Part shown: positions 8,961 through 17,882 of the stretch, in pieces
Layout: every line of letters starts with the position of its first letter
Position numbering within the stretch: position 1 is the stretch's first letter
Assembly (NCBI GenBank): GCA_964590575.1
Contig: CAZPWM010000047.1
Location: 1 to 22,902, forward strand
Length of the DNA stretch: 22,902 nucleotides
Direction: 5' to 3'
Origin: an uncultured archaeon
Lineage (GTDB): Archaea; Asgardarchaeota; Thorarchaeia; Thorarchaeales; Thorarchaeaceae
Notes under the pieces: generated by a model
Database searches by the model: none
The model's input: the letters and a program-made list of their open reading frames with translations, nothing else
Told to the model about the DNA's origin: nothing
Program-made: the position numbers and the translations under genes

Positions 8961-9644
8961 CTAAAGTTTCTTCGACCCTTCACGAATGACTAGCTTGGTC
9001 ATATCAGTTCGATTCTCATCGATGTACTTCCTGATGAGTTCTGGTTCTCGTTTACTCAACTCACGAAGCACCCAACCAGCCGCCTTTCCAACAAAGAATT
9101 CCTCATCTGAGATATGAGGAGTGACAGCCTCGAGAATCTTGTCAGTATACTCAGGCCTATATTGTGTCTTTAGTGTCAGATAGAGAAAGGGTAGGATTGA
9201 AGCTCTCCTTCTCCAAAAATTATCAGATGTCCGCCATGAACGTAGAGTTTCATGCACCTTTACATCTCTTACCATCATTGATCCGATAGTAGGTGAACAT
9301 AGCGGATCTATTATGCCCCAAGTGTCACCATCGTCAACCCATTTGTCTGCAAAATCCATGCCTATTTCAACGGAACCTTTCTGCGCGTAAACCTTCAACA
9401 CATCTATCGCTGCAAGCCTGGACTCGAACGTTCTGATTTTCCATAGACCATCCATAACCTCGGGTAATTCTTCAATCTTCAGGCTCTTGATATTCTGTTT
9501 CACTATTCTGTGGATGTCAGGCAACTCCACCCCAATGAAATCAAGAGATGATGTTTTCAAATATCCAGCAATTTTCTCTCTTCTGTTGCTGTCACTCATC
9601 TTCTTGAGGTCTTCAAATATTTGATTAATTGCAGTTTTTGGCAT
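8961..9644 (-). CDS. alkD: DNA alkylation repair glycosylase, AlkD (HEAT-like repeat) family
   Basis: 227 aa with FIGVELP, DTWGIID, WRTSDNFWRRRAS and DEEFFVGKAAGWVLRELSKR motifs. Confidence 0.88.
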   Translation of the reverse strand: MPKTAINQIFEDLKKMSDSNRREKIAGYLKTSSLDFIGVELPDIHRIVKQNIKSLKIEELPEVMDGLWKIRTFESRLAAIDVLKVYAQKGSVEIGMDFADKWVDDGDTWGIIDPLCSPTIGSMMVRDVKVHETLRSWRTSDNFWRRRASILPFLYLTLKTQYRPEYTDKILEAVTPHISDEEFFVGKAAGWVLRELSKREPELIRKYIDENRTDMTKLVIREGSKKL

Positions 9645-9733
9645 GGAGAGTGCTAACGAAATGACTGAATTTAACCATAATCATCAAGATTCTTAGGTAT
9701 AGTAGCTCGGAGAAATTATGATAAAGTGCAGAT

Positions 9734-10042
9734 ATGGCATCTGCTGAGAGGATTACTATGACCGAGATTCCTATGCCTGCTTCAGACCCCTATCAACCAG
9801 CACCTCAAAAGAGCTCAATGGGCTCAGATTGCTGTAAAATAGGGGCAATCATCTGTGTCTTGCTCATTATTGGAATGGTGATCATTACCTTGATTTTCAT
9901 GGGAGGTGTCTTGAGTATCTTCGGTGGTTTTACCGGAGCTACCTATGGTGAGAGGACTTTGGCATCCTACAACAAATCAGATGTCGACCTCTTCAGCACC
10001 TATTACTATGATGAATTCTCTGTATCCAGTTCTGAAAAATAA
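9734..10042 (+). CDS. Small single-pass membrane protein, hypothetical, possibly C-terminally truncated
   Basis: Pro/Gln-rich N-terminus, a CC pair, a long hydrophobic helix and a short polar tail. Fills the gap between alkD and the convergent gene. Confidence 0.6.
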   Translation: MASAERITMTEIPMPASDPYQPAPQKSSMGSDCCKIGAIICVLLIIGMVIITLIFMGGVLSIFGGFTGATYGERTLASYNKSDVDLFSTYYYDEFSVSSSEK

Positions 10043-10043
10043 A

Positions 10044-10069
10044 AGGAGAAAGATTCTATTCTTTCTCCT
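10044..10069. terminator. Perfect 10-bp inverted repeat between convergent genes
   Basis: AGGAGAAAGA-ttctat-TCTTTCTCCT fills most of the 32-nt gap between the stops at 10042 and 10075. Confidence 0.6.
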
Positions 10070-10074
10070 CACGC

Positions 10075-11154
10075 TCACTCTTTATCTAGAAGAAATTGCA
10101 TATCAGCTTTCACGAATTTAGAATAGGCTTTCTTACTATATTCATTATCGATTTGCACAGCATAATGTTTCAATGCTTTCAGAACCACAGCTCCTCCAAG
10201 ATTTTCATCAAAAGTAACTCTAAGATACCAAGCGGGTTCATTGGAGTTTGGGATTCTGTCTCTTAGCCAGCCAATCGGACTGATGAGAATTTTTCTGTCA
10301 ATATCTGCATATTCCATTTCTCCAAGAATCCCGGCTTTTGAAATGATTTCCATCCATCTTTTCCATCCATCTTCTGTCGTTGGGAATCCTGAAGTTCCCT
10401 TCTTATGCGTATTAATAGCAATTGAGTCAACTGAAAGGTGAGTACCATCAATAGAACCGTGGTTTGCAACTATCCATAGTAAACGTAAAAGAACAGCACG
10501 ACGGCTCTTGAGCATCTCCTGCCCCGCTAATGTGTTTGTATCAACCAATCCCAAGTCGGATGATATTATTTTTGCAAGTGTGTCATGGAGTGACTTGTAC
10601 ATCTTGGTCTTTTTCGGGAGTTTAGGAAAGGGAACAATCGAAGGAGATTTTTGGTCAACCGTCTTGACTTCTTGAATTTGGTCTGAACTTAGACCAGACC
10701 GTATTTCATCAAGGTTCTTCATTCCCTCAAATATCCGAACAAATGAGAGATACTTATCATCCGGAATAGGTTCACCTATGCGTTCTTCAGCATCCTTTCG
10801 ACTATTGCTTAGATTCAGTGCTTTGATCTTATCACAGGGATATCTAGAGCAATAGGCGCAGTTTCTGAAGTCGTTATTAAAAGCACACTTACGGGCTGAG
10901 CAGCCTCGAAGAAAATTATGAACTCTTACATCCTTGGCAAGGTTTTCATTCGGTGTCTAACAACCATGGCAGGGATTCTTTGTGGGTGTGTAACCAACAT
11001 ACTTCTTCACATCATCAGCAAATGAGTCCCACTCTTCTTGGCTTTTGTTCTTTCTAATCCATACCCCCCATGGACAACTAGAACATATGTTTCCGCATTT
11101 ACTGATCACTTGTGTCAAAATCAAACTCTCCGTATTGGGTAATGCAAGCGTCAT
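10075..11154 (-). CDS. Cys-rich DUF3795-type protein with C-terminal extension, interrupted by one in-frame TAG at 10957-10959 (nonsense allele, sequence error or readthrough)
   Basis: Manual translation: ...KNPCHGC*TPNENLAKDVRVHNFLRGCSARKCAFNNDFRNCAYCSRYPCDKIK...VRIFEGMKNLDEIR, running in frame into the 10075..10722 ORF. The likely start is TTG at 11118, after GGAGAG. Confidence 0.8.
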
Positions 11155-11221
11155 TCTAAAAATCTATGTAGTCAATCAGATTCATATACTAAAATAGGAG
11201 TATATCTCAGGAGATGGTTAG

Positions 11222-11992
11222 GTGTCAGAGAGTTTTGAAATTCAAACTACGAGATTGTCAAAGAATTTTGGTCCGGTAGTAGCGTTAAAAGATTTGAATC
11301 TAGCAGTTCGCAAAGGAAGTGTGTTTGGTTTCTTGGGACCAAACGGAGCGGGAAAGACAACAACAGTTCGCATTCTATCAGGACTACTGAAACAAACAAG
11401 TGGAAATGCTTCAGTCTGCGGTTATGATGTCAGTACTCAACGTAATGATATAAAATCGGTAACAGGGCTCCTTCCGGAAACTCCAGGACTCTACTCCAAG
11501 CTTTCAGCGGTGGAGTTTCTTGAATTCATTGGTGCTCTAAATGACATGAGTGGAGAGAAACTGAACAAACGGATTGACAGCCTCCTCGCCCTGATGGGAC
11601 TTGAAGGTAGACAAAATGACCTACTCGAGAGCTATAGTAGTGGAATGAAACAGAAGGTACTAGTGGCTTCTACAGTATTACATGAGCCACGACTCGTTTT
11701 CTTGGATGAGCCAACATCAAGACTCGACCCCGCTGCTAGTGCTCTCGTGAAAGAGATTATCATTGCAATGGCAGAAGAAATGGACACGACATTCTTCATT
11801 TGCACACATATGACAGATTTTGCTGAGGATGTGTGTGAAATAATTGGCATTCTAAATGAAGGAATTCTCAACACTCTTGGAGCTCCCAATGAAATAATTG
11901 ATAATATCGGAGCAAAAGATCTTGAAGATGCTTACCTCAAGATAGTTGGTGGTGAGGTGGACCGTACCAGTTTACTCAGTTGGAGGGATTAG
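11222..11992 (+). CDS. ABC-2/multidrug-type exporter ATP-binding subunit
   Basis: Walker A GPNGAGKTT, signature YSSGMKQK, Walker B VFLDEPT, H-loop CTH. Confidence 0.95.
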   Translation: MSESFEIQTTRLSKNFGPVVALKDLNLAVRKGSVFGFLGPNGAGKTTTVRILSGLLKQTSGNASVCGYDVSTQRNDIKSVTGLLPETPGLYSKLSAVEFLEFIGALNDMSGEKLNKRIDSLLALMGLEGRQNDLLESYSSGMKQKVLVASTVLHEPRLVFLDEPTSRLDPAASALVKEIIIAMAEEMDTTFFICTHMTDFAEDVCEIIGILNEGILNTLGAPNEIIDNIGAKDLEDAYLKIVGGEVDRTSLLSWRD

Positions 11993-13647
11993 GTCTGACC
12001 CGGAAGTGGTTAGCAATCGCAAAAACGGAGTTCTTTGTACAAACTGCAAGATTTCGTAGAGCGAGAAAAGTAGTTACTTTGATTTTTCTAATGTTCGGAA
12101 TAATCTGGGCATTATTTATTGTGCCTAATATCATGACCTCAATCCTTGATACACTTGGCTCTGATATTGATGCATTATTCATGGGTAGTTTCCCAAGCCT
12201 GATGCGTTCAGCGATGCTCTTTGTGTGGATCATGTTCCTTATCTATCCCATCTCATATGCTCTTCAGGAGATACGGATAGGTCAATGGGAAATCATGCTA
12301 AGCAATAATGTGAGCACACGAGATATGATGTTTGGCATGTTTATAGGAAAGATACCTAGCTATGGACTCCTTGTACTTTATGCTGCACCCATCATGCTCT
12401 CGCCCTTTGCGTTGTTCTTTCATGTAGGAGTCTTAGGTCAACTCATCATGTACCTGACCGTGTTCTTTGTAGCAATTAGCACATTATTTCTATCTAATCT
12501 GATCACGATCGCGATTCAGGCAAAGCTCGGGGAATCCTCTAGAGGGAATGATATAGCGAAAGCTCTTGCAATGGTCGTCGCTGTGATAGTCCTCCTTCCA
12601 ATGTATGGACTGATGTATTTCGCAGATGCAATGTCAGCTTTTCTCGGGATGGATGTGTTTCTCCTTCTCCCTTTTACCTGGGGAGCTGATATTATATCAT
12701 GGAGTGTAATTATTTTCAATGGAATCGGAATTTCCGCAACAGATTTTAGTGGCATTTTGAAACTGGAAGCGATAACTGATTTCACTCTGCTCCTCGTTTT
12801 TACGGGATTCGTTGTTATTATAGCCTTCAGGTCTGCGGATAGAATCTTCACTTTTGGTGCGGGACCGAGGACAGAGAAAATCACAACAGTTGGCAAGGAG
12901 AATTCAATTCTGAAAGGATTAAGGAGGATCTTTCCTGGTCCATTCGGAGTTTTAGTTGTGAACTCCATTAAGGAATTCACAAGAAAGATGCAAAATGTTT
13001 CTCGCCTAATCTATGGTGTTGTTATTTCCGTATTATTGCCAATAATCCTTAGCTATCGCATAGGAAGTATACCTGAAGAGATTCCTTCAGAATTTCGATG
13101 GATAATTCTAATGATATCTGTGATTATGTTGGGCTTAATGCTCTCAATGATTAATGGAATTACTTTCGGGGGGATTGGATTCCTCGAGTCCAAAGATCAG
13201 CTATGGATAATCAAGTCAGCGCCACATGGAGCTAAGAAATTTGCAAAAGCTAGACTTACAGAGTCATTATTGCTTGCAATCCCTATTGCTTTGATACCAT
13301 CAATAGCAGCATCATTGGTTTTTGGATTCAATATCTTGGAAATGATTGCAATCATTGCATACGCATACTGGGCGACTTGTGGATCGGTGCTGTTATGCAT
13401 AGGAATCACATCTATCAACCCTGCGTATGAAAACCAAAAGAGTAGTGCATTTTATATCAACACGTTCGCGTCCATCTTCTTCATTCTTATAGCCATGATA
13501 GTATCAATTTTTGCATCTATTAGCGTGATGATGATTTCAGCTAACTTGGGCCTATTCATGATTGCTATGAGTACTCCCCTCGTGGTCATTGGCTTCGTGA
13601 TTTATATGATTGGAGTGGCAAGAATGTCGAAAGCAGATATTAGCTGA
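11980..13647 (+). CDS. ABC exporter permease (about 12 TM, two-repeat ABC-2-like)
   Basis: Overlaps the ATPase stop by 13 nt. Two hydrophobic halves begin with AIAKTEF and NSIKEF; contains LWIIKSAP. Confidence 0.8.
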   Translation: MEGLGLTRKWLAIAKTEFFVQTARFRRARKVVTLIFLMFGIIWALFIVPNIMTSILDTLGSDIDALFMGSFPSLMRSAMLFVWIMFLIYPISYALQEIRIGQWEIMLSNNVSTRDMMFGMFIGKIPSYGLLVLYAAPIMLSPFALFFHVGVLGQLIMYLTVFFVAISTLFLSNLITIAIQAKLGESSRGNDIAKALAMVVAVIVLLPMYGLMYFADAMSAFLGMDVFLLLPFTWGADIISWSVIIFNGIGISATDFSGILKLEAITDFTLLLVFTGFVVIIAFRSADRIFTFGAGPRTEKITTVGKENSILKGLRRIFPGPFGVLVVNSIKEFTRKMQNVSRLIYGVVISVLLPIILSYRIGSIPEEIPSEFRWIILMISVIMLGLMLSMINGITFGGIGFLESKDQLWIIKSAPHGAKKFAKARLTESLLLAIPIALIPSIAASLVFGFNILEMIAIIAYAYWATCGSVLLCIGITSINPAYENQKSSAFYINTFASIFFILIAMIVSIFASISVMMISANLGLFMIAMSTPLVVIGFVIYMIGVARMSKADIS

Positions 13648-13697
13648 CAGAATAGGATTTCAGTCAAAACCGCGTTGCGATGATTTCATGATTTATA

Positions 13698-13966
13698 TTG
13701 TCTCAAATCGACCTACCAGAGTCCATTGGTGAGATGATCTTCCTGATGAGATAAGTCAACTGAACTCCCTTGAAAACCTACGGATTGAGGGAAACCTGCT
13801 CGAAACATTGCCAGACACATTCATTCGTTTAAAGTCCCTAAGAGGATTGAATATCACTGGGAACAAGTTCTCGTCATTTCCAAAAGGTATGAAGAAATGG
13901 ATAGAAAACTTGGAAGCTGCTGGATGCAGTGCAAGAATGAATCAACAACAGAAACGATTACTCTGA
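13698..13966 (+). pseudogene. Leucine-rich repeat protein remnant (not in the ORF track)
   Basis: DLPESIGE in one frame, then a shift to DDLPDEISQLNSLENLRIEGNLLETLPDTFIRLKSLRGLNITGNKFSSFPKGMKKWIENLEAAGC...RLL*, giving 23-aa LRR units and a C-terminal cap. Confidence 0.8.
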
Positions 13967-13977
13967 AAAAGAGATGA

Positions 13978-13994
13978 GCGGCCAAGATGGCCGC
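13978..13994. terminator. GC-rich 7-bp hairpin between convergent LRR remnant and DUF3160
   Basis: GCGGCCA-aga-TGGCCGC. Confidence 0.4.
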
Positions 13995-14006
13995 AAATTG
14001 TGTTCA

Positions 14007-16259
14007 TCATAGTTCCTTACTCATGGTCAGTACAAGTGCCTGGAAGACGAATTCTGCTTCAACCACGAAACTCTCAGTCCAAGTTGGAAGTGGTGGCGTT
14101 TCACCTTGAGCAATCATCTCTTGCCAAGACTCATCGGTCAGGCGATCATCCATCGGCCAAGTAAATTCATAATAGGAGAACACCGCTCCTCTTGTAAGAA
14201 CAACTTGTCCTTCAATCTCGACAGCTACAAGTATCACCATTGGTCGTCCAACTCCCTCCTCGAGGACCAATCCATCATTGGGGTCGGTGTGGACATCAGC
14301 GATTACTGCCATGTCATCATCTGCATCAGAAACTAGATAGTCATCCGTGGGGAGTGCGACGATTTCTCCAAGGATATCACCACTACTTTCAATCAGACGA
14401 TACTCTCCATCAGACAAAGCGGTTCCCTCAAGCTCCTTGATGGAGATGGTCTGGAGGTTCAACAGGAAGTCTTTCAAACTCTGAAGCTTACTCTCCATGA
14501 GAGATGACAAAAGGTTTCGCGAATCCAGTCCTGTGAGCATCATCTGACAGAGAGATGCCAAACGAGCATAGAGTGCAGGAACAGGTTCAACATATCCTTT
14601 AACGTGTTCAGGAACCCACGTAAACTCTGAGGTGTAAGATTGCTTTGCATAGAGGATTGTATCGTGTCGTAGCTCTGCCCAAGATGCCAGTGCCGTGGAT
14701 AGTTGCTTGTCAACCCACGCCTCGCTCTGCATGAACAAAGGATAGCCTTCTCCAGGATCAGACAACAGAGGAAGGAGTGAATATATCCATAGATAGTACA
14801 GATTGTGAGTCCATTCACCTTCGGTCATGTTGCCAATCTTGTCCCATAGCATTTCCATCTGAGCTGTGTAGTTCACATAGTGCTTTTCACTGTCTAGCAG
14901 TTCCCATGCGCGATCAGAACCAAACGCTGCCATGACGTCAAGCCCCTTTGGCATAAGTCGCGGTTCCCCGAGAGTACCTACATTAACGTAAACAAGTTGT
15001 CCGAGGATGTAACTATCTGGGACATACCTCTGACCCATGAACCTCAGGCCCATTGTCTGAGTCAGTGTTTTAGTATCAGGCACTGGATGCCCTAGAATGA
15101 GGGGTTCTCTTAAGGCAAGCGTTTCTCCAATGAACTGCTCAAGTAAGTCTTCGTTGACCAAGTCAGAGACCTGAACCTCTGTTCCATACACACTCTGTAT
15201 CACAGTCAGGTACTCTGATGGGACTAGATCGTCTGCAGATCCGACGAAGAACGCAGTTGGCTCATACAGAGCGTCCCAGACATCCAATCCTACAGGAGTA
15301 CCAGAAAGACCTGAGACATCCTCAGTCAGTGCCAATGATATTAGAATGGCTTGAGCTGTGTTGTCCTTCCCTTTCTCGTTTGGTTCAGGAGGTAGCTCTG
15401 GTTGAAGTCTGAATGAGACCCGCCCATACCACATCATTGCTTGGAAGTATCTTTCAAGTCGTTCACTCCGAGTATAGTGACCCCTTGGAACAAATTGGGT
15501 GAAGTCCTCCTTGTAGTCCATGAACCACTCATCCGTCATCTGAGAGTGATTATCAATAAGCTGAAGAACATGTGTTACTGCTGGCGCAACTTCAGGTGGA
15601 AACGTAGGTGGAATCACTGTTTCATTGTCTAGTAGTGTCAATGCCACAGTGAAGAACATCAGGTTGCGTAGTGCCGCATCCTGCCATCTACCTGCTGGAG
15701 CTACTTCGTACTGTGAGAATGATATGTCCAATAGGGTTTCTGTCAGGTTTCCAAGAAGATCCCAGAATGAATAGACTTCGACCTCTCTAAGGGCGAGGTC
15801 ATAAAGTACGTGATACGCATGAAGGACTGCATCAGACGAGACGAAACTTGGTACAAATTCATCTTCGTTGCGGGTCAAAATCTCATGTATTTGCTTAAAC
15901 TCTGACTGATGCATGACTGCAAATCCATTATCTACAATCTTTTGTGACACTCCGCTCGGGAGTGTGGGATATTGTCCAAGATTCACGATATTTGATAATC
16001 CCTGATACACAGTATATGTTGGCGCGTTGGGAGCGAACGACTCCTCATAGGGCACAAAATCAGCAAATCCACCAGCTACTATATGATCAATTGTAAAAAT
16101 TAGTTCATTTGGATGACTTGCCTGAGGATTAAAAAAAGCACCTCCAAGAAAACCCATGGTGGCAACAAAGCTCACTGCAAGCAGAGCTGATGCCATCCCT
16201 GCTCCCATTATTTTCCTTCTTGTATCAGAATCAAGAGATCTTACTATCACTGAAATCAC
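14007..16259 (-). CDS. DUF3160 family secreted or membrane-anchored protein
   Basis: PRGHYT, YFQAMMWYGR, WAELRHDTILYAKQSY, GYVEP, IADVHT, VLEEGVG, RGAVFSYYEF and RLTDESW motifs, plus an N-terminal hydrophobic segment. Confidence 0.88.
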   Translation of the reverse strand: MISVIVRSLDSDTRRKIMGAGMASALLAVSFVATMGFLGGAFFNPQASHPNELIFTIDHIVAGGFADFVPYEESFAPNAPTYTVYQGLSNIVNLGQYPTLPSGVSQKIVDNGFAVMHQSEFKQIHEILTRNEDEFVPSFVSSDAVLHAYHVLYDLALREVEVYSFWDLLGNLTETLLDISFSQYEVAPAGRWQDAALRNLMFFTVALTLLDNETVIPPTFPPEVAPAVTHVLQLIDNHSQMTDEWFMDYKEDFTQFVPRGHYTRSERLERYFQAMMWYGRVSFRLQPELPPEPNEKGKDNTAQAILISLALTEDVSGLSGTPVGLDVWDALYEPTAFFVGSADDLVPSEYLTVIQSVYGTEVQVSDLVNEDLLEQFIGETLALREPLILGHPVPDTKTLTQTMGLRFMGQRYVPDSYILGQLVYVNVGTLGEPRLMPKGLDVMAAFGSDRAWELLDSEKHYVNYTAQMEMLWDKIGNMTEGEWTHNLYYLWIYSLLPLLSDPGEGYPLFMQSEAWVDKQLSTALASWAELRHDTILYAKQSYTSEFTWVPEHVKGYVEPVPALYARLASLCQMMLTGLDSRNLLSSLMESKLQSLKDFLLNLQTISIKELEGTALSDGEYRLIESSGDILGEIVALPTDDYLVSDADDDMAVIADVHTDPNDGLVLEEGVGRPMVILVAVEIEGQVVLTRGAVFSYYEFTWPMDDRLTDESWQEMIAQGETPPLPTWTESFVVEAEFVFQALVLTMSKEL

Positions 16260-16415
16260 AATAATCTATGTACAACATTGTTACTTAGTGCCATGGAATA
16301 GAACACGTTGTCTGAATTTTAGAACACTAAATCTGGCAATAAGTTTCCTGAGAATATGCGTTGTTGACAAGAGATTAAATGGAATTGTCCACTTGTTAAT
16401 GATGTGGAGCTTCGG

Positions 16416-16868
16416 ATGAGAAATCTATCTGATGAAATTAAAATAGAATCTGAGCTAAGGGGCAATACACTACGTGTTTATTGGTACATGCTCTCACAGA
16501 ACGAGTCTGTAGGAGTCAGGGAGGTCCAAAGAGCAATTGGCATGTCTAGTCCCTCAGTAGCAAGTCATCATCTAACTAAGCTTATATCTCTGGAGCTAGT
16601 AGAAAAGAAGCCAGACAACTCATATGAAGTGAGTCGAGTTGTTAAGGTGGGGGTTCTGAGAAATTTTATTGAGTTTCGAGGCAGGTTTCTTCCGCGGTAT
16701 GTGTTCGTTGCAATCTTTTTCTCAGCATATACACTCTCATATTTTGTGCTCAGTCTTATTGCATTTCCTGGACTCTACGACAAATACGTGGCAATTGCAA
16801 TTGGAATCATTGGAGCATTGTTTGCGTGGATTGAGAGTATTCGGCTCTGGAAACTAAAGCTATCATAA
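16416..16868 (+). CDS. Membrane-tethered winged-helix transcriptional regulator (wHTH plus 2 C-terminal TM helices)
   Basis: VGVREVQRAIGMSSPSVASHHLTKL helix-turn-helix and a wing, followed by two hydrophobic helices. ATG 16416 preferred over GTG 16404. Confidence 0.85.
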   Translation: MRNLSDEIKIESELRGNTLRVYWYMLSQNESVGVREVQRAIGMSSPSVASHHLTKLISLELVEKKPDNSYEVSRVVKVGVLRNFIEFRGRFLPRYVFVAIFFSAYTLSYFVLSLIAFPGLYDKYVAIAIGIIGALFAWIESIRLWKLKLS

Positions 16869-17045
16869 GATCAAACCATCATTTTTTATGCCAAATCCCA
16901 GTTCGTTGAGTATTGGTCTTTGAATATTGATTTCCTTCGCACTCATCCTTATGCAATATAACGAACTCCTTTCAGAATTCTCGCTTGGAGAGTTTCAGTC
17001 AGCAAGCAGGAAACCTCTTGAGGTATTGAGCACTTCAGTCACACT

Positions 17046-17828
17046 ATGACAGATAATGTTGTACTTAACACTATCAACAACAGAAGGTCTATTCGAGAAT
17101 ATCTAGACAAACCCGTGTCTAACGAAATCCTCTCGCTAATTTTTAAAGCCGGATTCAGAGCCCCTTTTGCAGCTCAGCTTTGTTCAGTGATATACACGCG
17201 AAGTCGGGATAAAATGAAAGAAGCTGGAATTAGTGTTTATCCCACAGCACCTGTACACATGATATTCTTCATAGATGTTGTAAGACTTGAGAAAATAATG
17301 GCGCATCGTGGACATGATTATGGCTATGATGACATGATGACACTCTGGTTAGGCATGCAAGACGTGGTGCTCATGATTGAGAACCTGACAATTGCTGCAG
17401 AGTCTTTGGGACTAGGTTCAGTACTCTATGGACTTGCCCCACTTAGAGCTGATTCAATCGCAACGACATTCAAAGTTCCAAATCGTGTCTTTCCAGTTGT
17501 AGGAATGAGTGTTGGATATCCGGACCCTGCAGAGGAAACGGAGATTCGACCAAGGTTTCCTCTAGAGATGGCTGCATTTGAAGATGAGTATCGTGATCAC
17601 ACTGACCAAGACATCAAGAGCTGTATGAAGGTAATGGATGAGGGCTATATTGCGCAGGGATACTATATCAAGTCACGGACTAAAGTTGACTTGATTGACA
17701 AAGAGGATACAATTGGATTCGATACATATTCCTGGTCAGAGCACATCTCACGCAAGTTCCGGAATGCATTCAGAAGAGAAGGGCCTCTTCTTGACATTCT
17801 ACAACGGCATGGATTTGATTTGAAGTAA
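17046..17828 (+). CDS. Nitroreductase / flavin reductase (NfsA-FRP-like)
   Basis: INNRRSIREY, AAESLGLGSV, FPVVGMSVGYP and RPRFP, with the long C-terminal extension typical of NfsA-like proteins. Confidence 0.88.
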   Translation: MTDNVVLNTINNRRSIREYLDKPVSNEILSLIFKAGFRAPFAAQLCSVIYTRSRDKMKEAGISVYPTAPVHMIFFIDVVRLEKIMAHRGHDYGYDDMMTLWLGMQDVVLMIENLTIAAESLGLGSVLYGLAPLRADSIATTFKVPNRVFPVVGMSVGYPDPAEETEIRPRFPLEMAAFEDEYRDHTDQDIKSCMKVMDEGYIAQGYYIKSRTKVDLIDKEDTIGFDTYSWSEHISRKFRNAFRREGPLLDILQRHGFDLK

Positions 17829-17882
17829 AGTGTATAAGTCTCGATACCTACTAAGTGCATCGCGTTTGGGAAGTGGAGATTA

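Noticed and set aside
10075-10722. Stand-alone 215-aa hypothetical protein
   Set aside because: The frame continues upstream through Cys motifs to the TAG at 10957, so it is the C-terminal part of a longer gene.
8961-11992. Genome-wide TAG reassignment
   Set aside because: alkD ends in TAG at its expected family C-terminus, and readthrough would run deep into the convergent gene. The ABC ATPase also ends in TAG.
13688-13966. Possible TGA (selenocysteine) readthrough ORF MIYIVSNRPTRVHW*DDLPDE...
   Set aside because: The LRR-like upstream peptide DLPESIGE is in another frame and there is no redox motif context; frameshift or deletion explains it better.
16863-16946. 27-aa minus-strand ORF MSAKEINIQRPILNELGFGIKNDGLIL
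   Set aside because: Too short, no recognisable motif, and it overlaps the regulator stop.
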